NCBI GenBank assembly: GCA_951406725.2
Contig: OX597823.1
Coordinates: forward strand, 48,484,001 to 48,548,000
Direction of reading: 5' to 3'
Length of the DNA stretch: 64,000 nucleotides
Source: Octopus vulgaris
Taxonomy: Eukaryota
The position numbers and the translations under genes were made by a program. Positions 26,605 through 38,899 of this stretch are shown one piece after another (positions within the stretch are counted from its first letter, which is position 1; each line of letters begins with the position of its first letter). Under the pieces are notes generated by a model. That model was not told where the DNA came from and made no database searches. It saw nothing but the letters and a program-made list of their open reading frames with translations.

Positions 26605-28199
26605 ACTGATGTTTGCATACAAGTTTGAAGGACATAGGTGATGAGACAGATCCTTGTGAAATTCTAATCAATGAGCCAATGATTTTTATGGTCATATTTG
26701 TTAGCCATCTGGTCATTATTGAAAGCTAAATCAATAAATTTAACAATGCCCTTTATCAACAGGGGTTTTATAATTGTTTTTCAATCTGAGTCAGTGAATG
26801 TGAATCTCATATGCACTGAGCTCCATGACAGAACTGACAGTTAGTTAAGTCAAAAATTCTTTTAATTTTCGTTCTTAAGACCTACAGGGAAGTATTCAAT
26901 CTGTATCTGATGTATATTATCAGAATCTCACCTAGTTTCCTCTGTCTTGATATTTAGCAGCTCTGCATAACTAAAGTAAGGTTTACAATATTACCTTTAA
27001 GACCCTGAGATTTATTGTTGTTGCTCCAGTTTACACTTAGTGTGATCATGATAGAGTCTACAAGTGATCAAAGACATTCCTACTATGTCCTTCTTGTCCT
27101 TTTCTTTGGAAATATGTAACAAGGGTCAGATTATTGAATGTATATTTTCCTTTTTTAAGACAGTAATATGTGATTTGACTGAAATTTTGCTGCTAATTTT
27201 AGGAAGTCAAGCAATCAAGCCAAGTGATCAAAATATTTTGGTCATTTTTCCATTGACAAATAGGGTTTTGTGCATCACAAATGTACTCATAACACTTCTT
27301 GTACGTAGCTGCATTTTTTGGCACTGCAAACATTAAAATTACTAACGTAGATTAGAAATAAATCCGAATATTGCCCAAAAATTGGATATGTGCATTTTTT
27401 GTTTTGTTTTAATTCTCCAATTGTAATTATTTTGAAAGAAAATTTGAAAAAAAAAATTAAACTTTAGTATATAGGTTAATATGAATTCAATGATGTACAA
27501 ATTTGATATTCATTTATTATATCTATATTGATTATTATTGATTATTACAATCAATTAATCAATAACCATTGCCTAGGGAGGCTGTAAGTGCATAGTAATC
27601 TCCTCTTTCCATCTTTCCCAGTCATCAGCCAGCCTCATGTTCTCTCCCATCTTCCTCTCTGCCCATTGCATGATGGTTCTCAATCACCTCTTTTGAAGTT
27701 TTCCTATACAAGGGTGGAGTTCATCCAAGCATGACTGTAATTGCTAGAGTTATGATGTCATAGTGTCATGTTACTTGACCAAATTACCATTTATTTTATT
27801 GGGTAGTGATTATATAAGGAATATGTTGTGTTATGTACAGAATATATTATATGATTAGTGCGACTGAAGTGAAGGTGTTTTGCATAGGATGTGGGTTGTG
27901 CTTAGCAGGGTGGTGTTATGGACTGAGTGTAGAGTTGTGAGCTCAGTTGAGTTTTTTTTTAATGTTTTGCTTTTGTTTATCTTTTCCACACCTTGTACTC
28001 CAACTATTTATGTACTGTTTACACTTTTGTACCCATACCATGAATTCCCTGGATTTAGAATAGACACACTGTATACCTGTGTGTCATAAGAGGTGATTGA
28101 AAGAACTGAAGGCAGGAAGAGCCTCTAGCTGTAAAACTGTGCCTCAGGAAAACTGTCCAACATAGACTAGCCAGGAAAAGCCAATGTAAACTGTCAGCA

Positions 28200-28650
28200 A
28201 TTTCACTTGCATATCTTATATCCAACTCATTTCAATTTTAAAATTTAATGAAGTTCCACATTTTCTCAATCTGCTTCAAGGTGATGTTTCCATAACTCAT
28301 TCTTCATGAGTCCTAACATTCCAATGACCACTGATATCATTTTGGTCAATCATGTTCCACATCTTGTTGATTTTGATCTTAAGGTTTTTGTTTTTTTGTT
28401 TGGTCGGCTTCTGTAACTTTCATAGTGATGTTTCTTTCGAAAGGTGTTGCACTATCTGTAAGTATACACATCCTGTCCCTGTCCTTGATAACAATGTCAA
28501 GCCTGTTGACTTTTATCTCTCACAGCATGGACGGGCCTATCTCAGAGGATGGTAACATCATTGTTGTCAGTGAATACAACTGAGATGTGCTGCCACATCT
28601 CAGTTGTCTTCATTTTATAACTCCTGCATTTTGTAAAACCCAACAGCATT
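28200..28650 (-). mobile_element. Degraded R4/Dong/NeSL-like LINE, restriction-like endonuclease end
   Basis: Remnants DIVIKDRDRMCIL, ERNITMK, NKMWNM, VVIGMLG. Confidence 0.7.
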
Positions 28651-30711
28651 TCTTTGCCACAACAGATAATTTAGGAAAGAGCAAAGCAAAAAAATTATAT
28701 AACTCTGCTTATAAGAAGACAGAAGCAGATTAAATTTTACCTCATATCAAATAGTAAAACTAGGACATAGCAGGAAAAATAATCTCAAATGAAAACAGCA
28801 CTATCTGCTGTACGTTTAAAATGAAAACACAACCAAAACAGAGGCTGAAATTGTCAGATATACTTCTGACTATATATCTGTGCCCCAGTAGATGGGTTAG
28901 AGAAAGCACAAGAATCATAATAAGAGAAAAGGAACACGATGTAGACTTATGGCTAACAGTGTCATTTTTTTTCTTTCTTTTTTTTTCACAGTAAGGAAGA
29001 GTAATAAATGCCACCTTCAAGGAATGAGAGTTGTGGTGCAGGGTGTCAAAATTGACTTGCAAGTTCAAATGACTCCCAAAGGCCAGAGTTGTGCAAAAGC
29101 TGTGCCCAGTGAAAGATGCTGAGGTGAGGAATATGAGGTTGATGATACAAGATGGAAAACATAGTCTTATTGTATTTATTGGAGTAATACATGCATTAAT
29201 GCTGGAAGAACAAGAAGTTTAAGCAAAATCAAGGAAAACAAAAGCAATGAAAATCAGCAGTAACAAAATGAATGACAAAGCCTAGAGTTTCCAGAGAATC
29301 AACAGCCCAAAACTTCTAGGATAGTAAAAGAAATATCTTTAGGTCCAACATCACAAATCAATGAGAAAATGCCTTGTTCCCCAAAAATTAACAACCTTCT
29401 GTAGCACACTTCCATTGTGTGATGAGAAAGAAACAATTACAGATGAAAATATGAAAGGAAGAAAGAGAAAAATATCACAAAGGTAAAGACTCAGCATAGA
29501 ACAACAAAAACAAGTGAGGAGGGACATTTTGTTCCAAATGATAACAAAATCTTTCCTCAAGAAAATAATAAGGAATATGCAGAAGATGAAGTTGAACTAA
29601 ACTTCACCATTCTTTAAATTTTAAACAGTTGATCAACAATATACATCTGTGATGCCCCAGATTTAATAATGCAGGTTGAAAATTATGCAAATATAAACAA
29701 GATTACAAGGAAAATTAAATTAAGACATGAACTTTTAAAAATACTTTCCAGGGATTGATTTAATGCCTTTCAATACTAAATATTACAAAAATAAATGCTC
29801 AAGGCTGCATTTGGTTGCACTCAAAAATACAATTCAAGAAATGGTCAAGTGAGCAGTGTCTTAGACTAACCAGCTCAACTTAACTGGAAAAATCTTTCAT
29901 CTCACATCTTTAGACTATATCTTGCTTCAGTTTAGTGTTTTACTGTATTTGTGTGGTTGTGTGTACTTACATATATATGTGTGTACATGTGTGTATGTAT
30001 GCATATATATGTATATGCATGTAGATATATGTATAGCTTTAGAAGTCTTTATATAACCTTCCATATACTGAATAACACCTTTTAATCCCTCCCTTCATAA
30101 CTGTCAATGTTTTTTTTTGTTTTTTGATTTTTTTGGTGGGGTCGGTTACATTCTGTGCTATTGTCTCTCTATTTGTAATCATTAGAGTAAGCTTCAATCT
30201 TTTTTTTTTTTGTATCACTTCAAGCTGTTGTGGCTATAAAAAAAAAGAATCATAATCAAAACATTGAGTTCTACAAAGTTCTGATTTACAGTTGTAATGG
30301 TAGAGAAATTAATTTCATTTTTTTTTTTTTTTTTGACAATAACTTTGTACTTATACCATGTACTTGAGACTTGCTAAATTAATGAAAACTTTTGTTGTTA
30401 TTAATGATTCTTCAATTAGTTTACATTTCCATTGTATATTCAGAAATAAATTTTTGATACCTTCTAGTATTTACTAAGTTCCTCTCAATTTTGTATTATC
30501 TTTCAAGTGTTGAAATATCACTTTATAATGCAGATGCAGAGATAAGGATTTACATACAGTTGTTTAGATAATGTTCAAAGCATTTTTATGAAATGTGAAA
30601 AATTCACGTGAGGAATAAAATACAAAATTAGAATTATGCAGCAATTTTTCAAACACACAGTAATGGATGGATTATTGCAAGTGCTGAAGTTTTCAGTACT
30701 TCTATTTTATA

Positions 30712-31097
30712 TACTTCTCTCTATATAAACGGCAGTTTGTCTGTGCGTGTTTCTGTGTGTCTGTTTTCTTGTACCCTCACCCTGACCACGGCTTTCAACC
30801 GATTCTGATGAAACTTGACACACACATAGCCCAATGTCATAATTCAAAACTAACGCAGTGAAAATTTTGAAAAGTTCCCCCAGTTCTGAAAAAAATCGAT
30901 AAATTCGACATGGGGTCGAGAATCAGAAACACAAACCGCAAACTGTCTAGGGGACGCAACTCCACCTTTTTTAACTAAAAAAAAAATTTACCATCATTTT
31001 TTTCCCACCTTTTTGCTCTTTTTTGGCTATAACGCTCTAAAAATGCTTTATAGTTATTTCCCTTACAAACCTGAGCAACGCCGGGCGATACTGCTAG
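30712..31097 (+). mobile_element. Non-autonomous Helitron
   Basis: 5' tctctctatataaac with GTCT/GT-rich leader; subterminal hairpin cctgagcaacgccggg (31070-31085); 3' CTAG followed by T; no TSD. Confidence 0.8.
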
Positions 31098-31374
31098 TAT
31101 AGTATAGAACTAACACAAATATACCACACTTGAAAATTATTTGCGTATTACAATAGGTTATAATTGTTAATTATTATTTATGAAATATTTGAAAGTTAGT
31201 TTAAAGTACAAGATACACAGAAATACATGTATTATGTAATATTCGGATATACAGATACACACACACACACACACAGACACAAACAAACACACATATATAC
31301 ATATTTAAAAATTTCAATATTAAGAATAAGAATTATTTTTATATAAGATATATTTATTTAGGAAATAGATTAAA

Positions 31375-31745
31375 TCATCATCATCATCATCATTTAAAAT
31401 CTGTCTTTTATACTGCATGGGTTGGATGGTTTCACAGGGGTTGGCAAACCAGAGAGCTGCACTAGCTCCATGTCTGTTTTGGGATGGTTTCTACAGCTTG
31501 ATGCCCTTCCTAATGCCAACCACTTTACAGAGTGTGCTGGGTGTTCTTTATGTGGCACCAGATAGACAGTGAATTAGCAGAACTATAAGTGTGTCAAACA
31601 ACAAGTAGATATCTAAAGCTCTTTATGTTCTTAGTTCAAATCTCACTTAGGTCAACTTAGCTGTTCTTTATTTTAGGGTTGATAAAATAAAGTCCCTTTC
31701 AAGTATTAAGTCAACATTACCAACTAAATCCCCTCCCTCAAAACT
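31375..31745. mobile_element. Family C (minus) abutting diverged SINE A (plus)
   Basis: C to about 31560, A from about 31565. Confidence 0.7.
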
Positions 31746-32373
31746 GCAGTGAAATACAAGGGTGGACTTAATTGAGTAATCTATTTCTGCAAATTTATGG
31801 TCTTGTGCCTATTGTTAAGAATTATATTTAATATTAATGCAATAAAAAAGTAAATATGAAATATATCCCAACCCACCCCAAGAGCCAATAAAAAGTAGGT
31901 TTCAGTCAGTACATCAGAGGGAGGACTGGTAAACTGAGGTGGTGACCTGTGACTATGTGTTGTGCCTCTTTGTCTCTTCTTAAAAGTAATCTTGACATCC
32001 ATCCTTTAATTTTGAGAGTACCCATCCTTGTTGAGCCTCAAAATAGTCTTGTTAGATCCTGCCAAGTTTCTGTCAGAAGTTCTGCTCCACAATACATAAG
32101 TAAAATGAAAGGAATAATCAAAAATATCCTTATAGAAACAGTTAATTAACCATTCCCTTAAATAATTTTAGAGTTATTATCCACAATAAAAGACATCTAG
32201 GTCTAACAACCAAGCAATTGCAATTTTGACTTAGTTGTGTTTCATTCTGCACAGTCACAAGTATGTATTTTGTTTATTATTCACTTTACTTTTAACTTAT
32301 CAGACCTGTCAATGTTAATTCCCTCCAAATCTTTATATCTCTCAGTCATCTAGCAAATACTGGTAATACTTCT

Positions 32374-32592
32374 TTAACCCTTTCGTTACTGTATTTATTT
32401 TGAGATGCTCTGTGTTTCTTTCAATATAACAAAGAATTTAGCAAAATTAATTTAGTTATCATTAAGCTAGTGTTAAGAACATAAATTGTGACTAAGGTTT
32501 GGTGGAAGATTTTAATTCAAAACTTATGAAAATAAGACATTTGAACTCAGAGCCAGAGCCGGTTTCGGCCGGGTTGGTAACAAAAGGGTTAA
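32374..32592 (+). mobile_element. piggyBac-type MITE family 2
   Basis: TTAA-CCCTTTCGTTAC...GTAACAAAAGGG-TTAA; copies at 62776 and 63095. Confidence 0.88.
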
Positions 32593-32744
32593 AAAGGTCA
32601 GATAAGATTAAAACATATTACTATTTGCCATGGAGGCCAAAGATCAGACTCACTTCCCATAACAAGCCTTTACTCAATTTTACTTCATTTGGAATCCAGA
32701 GTTATCTCTCTTGCCTATCCTGCTCAGAACTTTTATCTTTTCTT

Positions 32745-33200
32745 TTATTTCTTACTTGTTTCAATCATTAGACTGCAGGCATGCTGGGGCACCACCTTGA
32801 AGGATTTCGGTTGAATGAATTGATCCAGTACATACTTTTCTTTAAAGCTGATACTTATTCTATTGATCTCTTTTACCAAAACCACTTTGTCAAGAAGACA
32901 TAAATACACCAACACTGGTTATCAAATGGTGATGGTTTCTTCAGCCAGATGCCCTTCCTAATGCCACCCACTTTACAGAGCATACTGGGTGCTTTTTATG
33001 TGACACCAACATAGACAGTGAATTAGCAGAACCATGTGTGTCAAAAAACATGCCCTGTGATAGATATTTACAACTCTTTATGTTCTTAGTTCAAATCTTA
33101 CCTGGGTCAACTGAGGGGACAAACACAGCACAAAGACACACAAACACACACACATGCATGCACACACAAACACACACACATACATGACAGGCTTTTTACT
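32745..33200 (-). mobile_element. SINE family B containing a locally copied insert (32931-33112)
   Basis: B tail 32745-32930; resumes ggggacaaacac near 33115. Confidence 0.8.
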
Positions 33201-33406
33201 CCGCCTAACTTAAAATTAATTCTTGATATTGATTTAACTCATCACGTTACTCCCTGCTTACCTATATGTTTACAAAGCAGGTAATGAACAGGAGAGAAAT
33301 TAATAACATACGCTTTATAATGTTATTAACTAACATTCCTTATATATTCATTCCACAATCTAAACTGCTGGATGATTAATTACGGTCAGTGACTAATATT
33401 CAAACA

Positions 33407-33469
33407 CTTTGATGCCATCAGAACTACAAACACTCTGCTAGACTGTTCATAATGCTGATAGCATCAAAG
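33407..33469 (-). ncRNA. Pre-miRNA-like hairpin (candidate)
   Basis: 26-bp stem with 1 mismatch and 4 G-U pairs on the minus strand, 11-nt loop; not a family I recognise. Confidence 0.3.
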
Positions 33470-33974
33470 CTGAATGAGACTACAATAGGTTAAAATTATT
33501 GTCTTTCACTCATCAGATCTGTGTTTTCTATAGAAGGGAATAACCTTCCAAAATATTTGAGAACAAGGTTAAATACACACCCAGCAGGTATCCCTGGGTA
33601 TGTATTACTGGATATTCTTCTAACTAGACTCATACAGAAATGATACACTGAAGTCATTCACAAAAATCTGATATTTTTCTCTAATCATCTGAGACCTGCT
33701 GTAACAGCTGGATTATGCTTTGCTTAAAGACATCCAATAAGACCAAAATATATCTGGACACCATTTGTCTACAGCAAGAAATTTTCTCCATGACAAAAGC
33801 ATAGTGAACGGCTTGTTTATGAGTTCAAATGTGCCACAAGCATATTTGAACAGGTAAGTTGTCATTGTAGTAATGAAGATCAGATTTGTAACTTCTTGGC
33901 AATCCATATGAATTAAAAATGACTTCAGAATTGTCTCCCTCGATTTTTTTTACCAAGCTGTATATATATATATA

Positions 33975-34152
33975 TGATAGATAGTTAGCTACTACACGCA
34001 TTTTTCTCTCCTTGTTTTTTTCTGTGTATATTTCTGTCGAAGAGCATAGGCTCGAAACATAAAAGACTTTTTCTATTCCTGAGCGCTATACTAATACATT
34101 TGTTTGTTTGTACTCCACCTGCCGTCGTCTTGTTTATTTTCGTAAACTTTCT

Positions 34153-34156
<4 letters not shown>
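33975..34156 (+). mobile_element. Penelope-like short repeat in (TA)n with a degenerate minimal hammerhead motif
   Basis: tctgt-cgaaga-gcataggc-tcgaaac-ata-aaaga; (TA)n on both sides. Confidence 0.55.
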
Positions 34157-34203
<47 letters not shown>

Positions 34204-34509
34204 ACCAAGTAATTTGGGGGTTGTAGATCCAACCCACTAAGGGATAATACTTATTCAGTATACTGTTGGTATAATACTCAATTTTTAATACACAAGTGTT
34301 TTTAATTGCAATGCAATAAACATACTTATTGTATTAAATGGGTGAAGGTAAAGAAATATTTTACCATTAATTTATATTACAAATAAGAAAATGGAGAAGC
34401 ACATTATTTGGTTTATCAGCTTTAGGATATTAAAGTGTTGACTTCTCCATATTCTTATTTGTGTATATATGCATATATATATATATATATGCATAAGCAT
34501 ATATACATT

Positions 34510-34818
34510 TTAACTTGTATTTGTTTCAGTCTTTAGACTGTGGCCATGCTGGTGCACCACCTTGGAAAGATTTTTAGGCAAATGAATCTGCCCCCAGTAC
34601 TTTTTTTAAATTGTTTTTTAAGCCTGGTACTTATTATATCAGTCTCCTTTGCTGAATTGCTAAGTTACAGGGATGTACATACACAAACAACACCAACACT
34701 GGTTGTCAAGCAGTGGTGGTGGGGGCTGGACAAAAAACACATACACAAAGATATATATACATAGATACATATATACATTTATATATATGTATGCATGTGC
34801 ATATATATGTATGTGTGC

Positions 34819-34862
<44 letters not shown>

Positions 34863-34965
34863 CAGGCTTCTTTCAGTTTCCATTAACACAATCCTCTCAC
34901 AAGGTCATGGTAGGCCTGAGGCTATAGTAGAAGATACTTGCTCAAGCTCCTTACCACACAGCCAT
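34510..34965 (-). mobile_element. SINE family B
   Basis: Colinear with 7906-8310. Confidence 0.85.
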
Positions 34966-35227
34966 GTGTGTATGTGAGTATGTATGTATGTATGTATGTA
35001 TGTATACACACACACGCTACATTTACTCCTTTATCAGAAAAATTTCAAGAAACATAAATATGCACAACCATTTATAAATATAATGCATAATTTTCTTGTC
35101 TTAGTCTTAGAGTGTACCCACCAAACTGTCTACCCATCTAAACCCACTCACTTACCTCTCAAATTTATCTAAGAGTATGTGCACATATATATGTAAATAT
35201 GTACATGTGTATGTGTATATATATAAG

Positions 35228-35390
35228 TCCAAATGTCAGAATCTGGAAACAAACGACTATAATGTATCACTAATGTGGATGTGTGTGTGCATGCATTCAT
35301 GCGAGTATGTGTGCACACATGCACGTGTGTATAACATGTATGTGTGAGTGATACATTATTCGTGTTTGTTTCCAGATTTTAACACTTGGA
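35228..35390. repeat. 44-bp imperfect inverted repeat around a TG-rich spacer
   Basis: Arms 35228-35271 and 35347-35390. Confidence 0.85.
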
Positions 35391-36012
35391 TTCAGTTTGA
35401 AATAATCTAAGTAAAGAACTATATTAATTGCCACAAGGTCCTAAAATTCTTTTGCTGCAAACAGGGGAGGGATAGACAGGAAAGCCATAGAAAATCTACC
35501 TGTATGAATTCCATGTGAACCACACAAGCTTGGAAGATTCAGTGTTAATATAATGGTGATGAAGTTAAATGTATGAAACATAGCATAAAACAATTTTTTA
35601 GATACACACACACTTGCACATATACATACATAAAAACCTGCATATATATATAATAATTTTATCTATGAAATCTCAAAGTAAATGGTTTGATGAATAATAG
35701 AATCCGTGTGATTATCATTTGATCTCCAGAACTGTTATGTAAAGAATTTTAGTCTCAGAAGCGAAAATGATGTGGATGAATATTTCATCTTCTTCTACTA
35801 AATGATACCAACTTTGAGAAGTTAACAATACCCCCTTTTATCTTTTATCATTAACTTGAAGAATCTTTAGTCGAACAAATCAATCCTTGTCCTTTTTTTC
35901 AAGTCTGACACATATTCTATCGGAGTTTTTGGCAAACTGCTAAGTTACAGAGATGTCAACAAAGTGGTGGTGGGGGACAAACAAGACACAAACACACACA
36001 TATACATGCATG

Positions 36013-36183
36013 TAAAAGCACCCACTACAGTTTTGGAGTGGTTGGCGTTAGGAAGGGCATCCAGCTGTAGAAACTCTGCCAGATCAAGATTGGAGCCTGA
36101 TGCAGCCATCTGGTTCGCCAGTCCTCAGTCAAATCGTCCAACCCATGCTAGCATGGAAGGCGGACATTAAATGATGATGATGA
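36013..36183 (+). mobile_element. Repeat family C inside a SINE B remnant
   Basis: ggcgttaggaagggcatccagctgtagaaac...(GAT)n. Confidence 0.85.
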
Positions 36184-37920
36184 TATACACACATACATAT
36201 ATATATGAAATGTATGACAGGCTTTTTTCAGTTTCCTAGATAACTATCTTCCTCAATAGCAGCAAAATATAAACAAGGAAAATCTGTTAAGCTAATAATT
36301 ACCTTGATTTGTTCACTATACTATACGAATACCTATGTATGTATATTTCTCAAATGGGATTAAACTGTATATCAAATTGCTCCTTTTCAAAAGAATGTAG
36401 TCTAGCAAAATATAAGCCATTTTCTGTGATAGAAATAATCCTATAATGAAAATATTTTCTCATTTGAATCAAACTTTGAAATAGGACAGCTAGATCAGCC
36501 AGCCAGCAGTGAAGAAAATAAAATATTCTGAAATTAATTCTAAAACTAAATTGAATTGTAAAACAAATTTAGTTTAGGCAGGTAAAGAAAAATACAGAAC
36601 AACAGATTCTTACATGTGGCTCTCAAAGATTTATGGAATGAAGAAACTAAAGAAAATAAATGTAACCATTAATAGATGTGTCCAACAGTATGATATATTG
36701 TTAATTTCAGAAGGTTTGAAAAATGTTATGGCACATTCTTCTCCATAGAAAGAAACTGGTAGTTACACACTTAAATACCAAATTTATTATCTATTTATAG
36801 CTTATATGATATTATGCTGTCCTTCATTTTAATAGTGTTAATTACATGATTGTAGAACTAAACACACTGTTTCTGGCACAGGAAAATGTTCTTTTCTAAA
36901 AGATAATCTTCATTTTGTTCAATGTGTATTCAATTTTTATTAACTGTCCTTCTGGAGGTATGTAATATTTATTTATTGCTATTCAGAAGGAAATAATACA
37001 CTTAAGAATTATGTACTTTCATCATGTATAGGAATGTTACTTTAAAATAGATTCTTTGGTTTTCAGAATGTGTTCTTTAAATAGATAAATGAGAACAGAC
37101 GATTATTAATTTTGTTCAATTTAAATAGTTTTACTTGCTCCATATTTAACAGATACCCCATTCAATAATTCCGAAGAAGATGTAATTGCTTTCAAAGTCA
37201 TTTTTTTTTTCTCTATTCTTGCCAAGATAACAAAATCAGTATGTCAAAACATTTAATATTAGCTACAGTATGTGAAACAAAAGAGGGTAAATAGAAGTAG
37301 ATTGTAAATTATACCAATATTTTGCTACTTTGAACAACTAATCTCTTTGATTTTAATATTCATTTTGTCTTTCCTTTATATTCCATTCACATATATCTCT
37401 TTTTTTAAATTACTATTGTGTACCACCAAAATCTGTTATTATCCAGTTTGAATAAATTCAATTTCAAATTGCTAACAAAATGAAAGATTTTTTCCATAAT
37501 CTATTTTATATTAAATAAAGCAATAAAACAAAAAACAATCACTAACATTGCCCCATCATCATCATGTAAAACAATTTGAAAAATTTACTTAGATAGTAAA
37601 TTTTTTTTTTCTGTTTTTGTAGTATTGTTTTCCCTACGTTTTTGCTAGTTTAACTTTCTTCTGATTGGTTCAAAAATACCAATGAAATTTTAAAATATCA
37701 TTTTTTTAATAAGAATATAGTACTGATTTCATTTTTCTTTGATGAAAATCAATTTCTTTGACAATCAATCTGAGCAGTATTTGTGAGTAAATCAAACAAA
37801 ATTTAATGTTCCCAATATAATTTTAGATGAATAAGATATAATCTGTGTTTTTTTTTTCTTTCAATAATTAATCTTTTGATATTACAATAATTTTACAAAA
37901 AAATTCCAATTTTTTTCAGC

Positions 37921-37954
<34 letters not shown>

Positions 37955-38744
37955 CAAAAGCAGACTAATATATACATGCATAAAGTAACTTGCATTTTTA
38001 GGCTAAGTTTAATTGAAGTTTTCAGTGCCAGACAAAAGGTGCAAAAGAACACTTTTTATCTTGTGATGAGAAGTCTAAATCAAATTAGTAAATATGTTTG
38101 GATATTAATACTTTGGAATATTTATTTATAAAATGGTTAAAACCTAGACAGAAACAGAAAGAAATATTTAAACATCAATAATTTTTTTAGGCCACATTAA
38201 TGTTCTGAAAGCATACATATATACATACACATATGTATATATATATATATATAGTTTTAAAGAAATGAGATTGATATTGAATTAAAATAAAAGCTTGCTA
38301 AGTTCTTACTAAAGAGTAGAAGTTGTTGAGGGATCATTATTAAAAAAAAAAGAAAAAGCAGAAATACAGAAGATAAAAATTGAAGTAAACTGCTAAGGGT
38401 ATATTTAATAGTAAATGTTGGTCACCTACAAACACAAAAATAAAATCTAATCTCCTTCTACACTAAATGTTTTTAACCATGTTTAAATTTTCCACTATGC
38501 TGAAGTGAGCAACGAAAAGATAACTACTACAAATGAATAATATTCTGCCAACTTTTTGAAGGTATATTACATTTAAATTAAGAAAAAACAAAAGCAACAT
38601 TAATGATCTGGAATTGGTTTTTTAAAATAGTTTGTTCAAAAATAATTTTGTGTAAGTAACGATAGAAGATTATCAACATATCGAGAAAAGTACCAGCAAA
38701 GTTATATAGTAACATGGAAATTTAAAGCACAATTACAAGGCAAT

Positions 38745-38899
38745 TGAGTGGTTCTCATTAGGAAGGGCATCCAGCTGTAGAAACACTGCCAGATCAGACT
38801 GGAGCCTGGTGCAGCTTCCTGGCTTCCCAGATCTCGGTCGAACTGTCCAACCCATGCTAGCATGGAAAACAGACGTTAAACAATGAAGATGATGATGAT
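38745..38899 (+). mobile_element. Repeat family C
   Basis: Same body and (GAT)n tail as 36013-36183. Confidence 0.85.

Noticed and set aside
33775-33853. Plus-strand AG..GTAAGT segment reading ARNFLHDKSIVNGLFMSSNV, faintly like kinase subdomain VI
   Set aside because: Catalytic residues absent, in-frame stop just upstream, no partner exons; probably chance
35107-35137. Minus-strand WVDSLVGTL* as the missing PH Trp exon
   Set aside because: Acceptor gtgagtgggtttag lacks a pyrimidine tract
36614-36646. 33-nt minus-strand micro-exon-like segment; similar ones near 2892-2912 and 6748-6804 on the plus strand
   Set aside because: Such splice-like signals are common in AT-rich DNA; no homology, and the phase does not follow the PH exon
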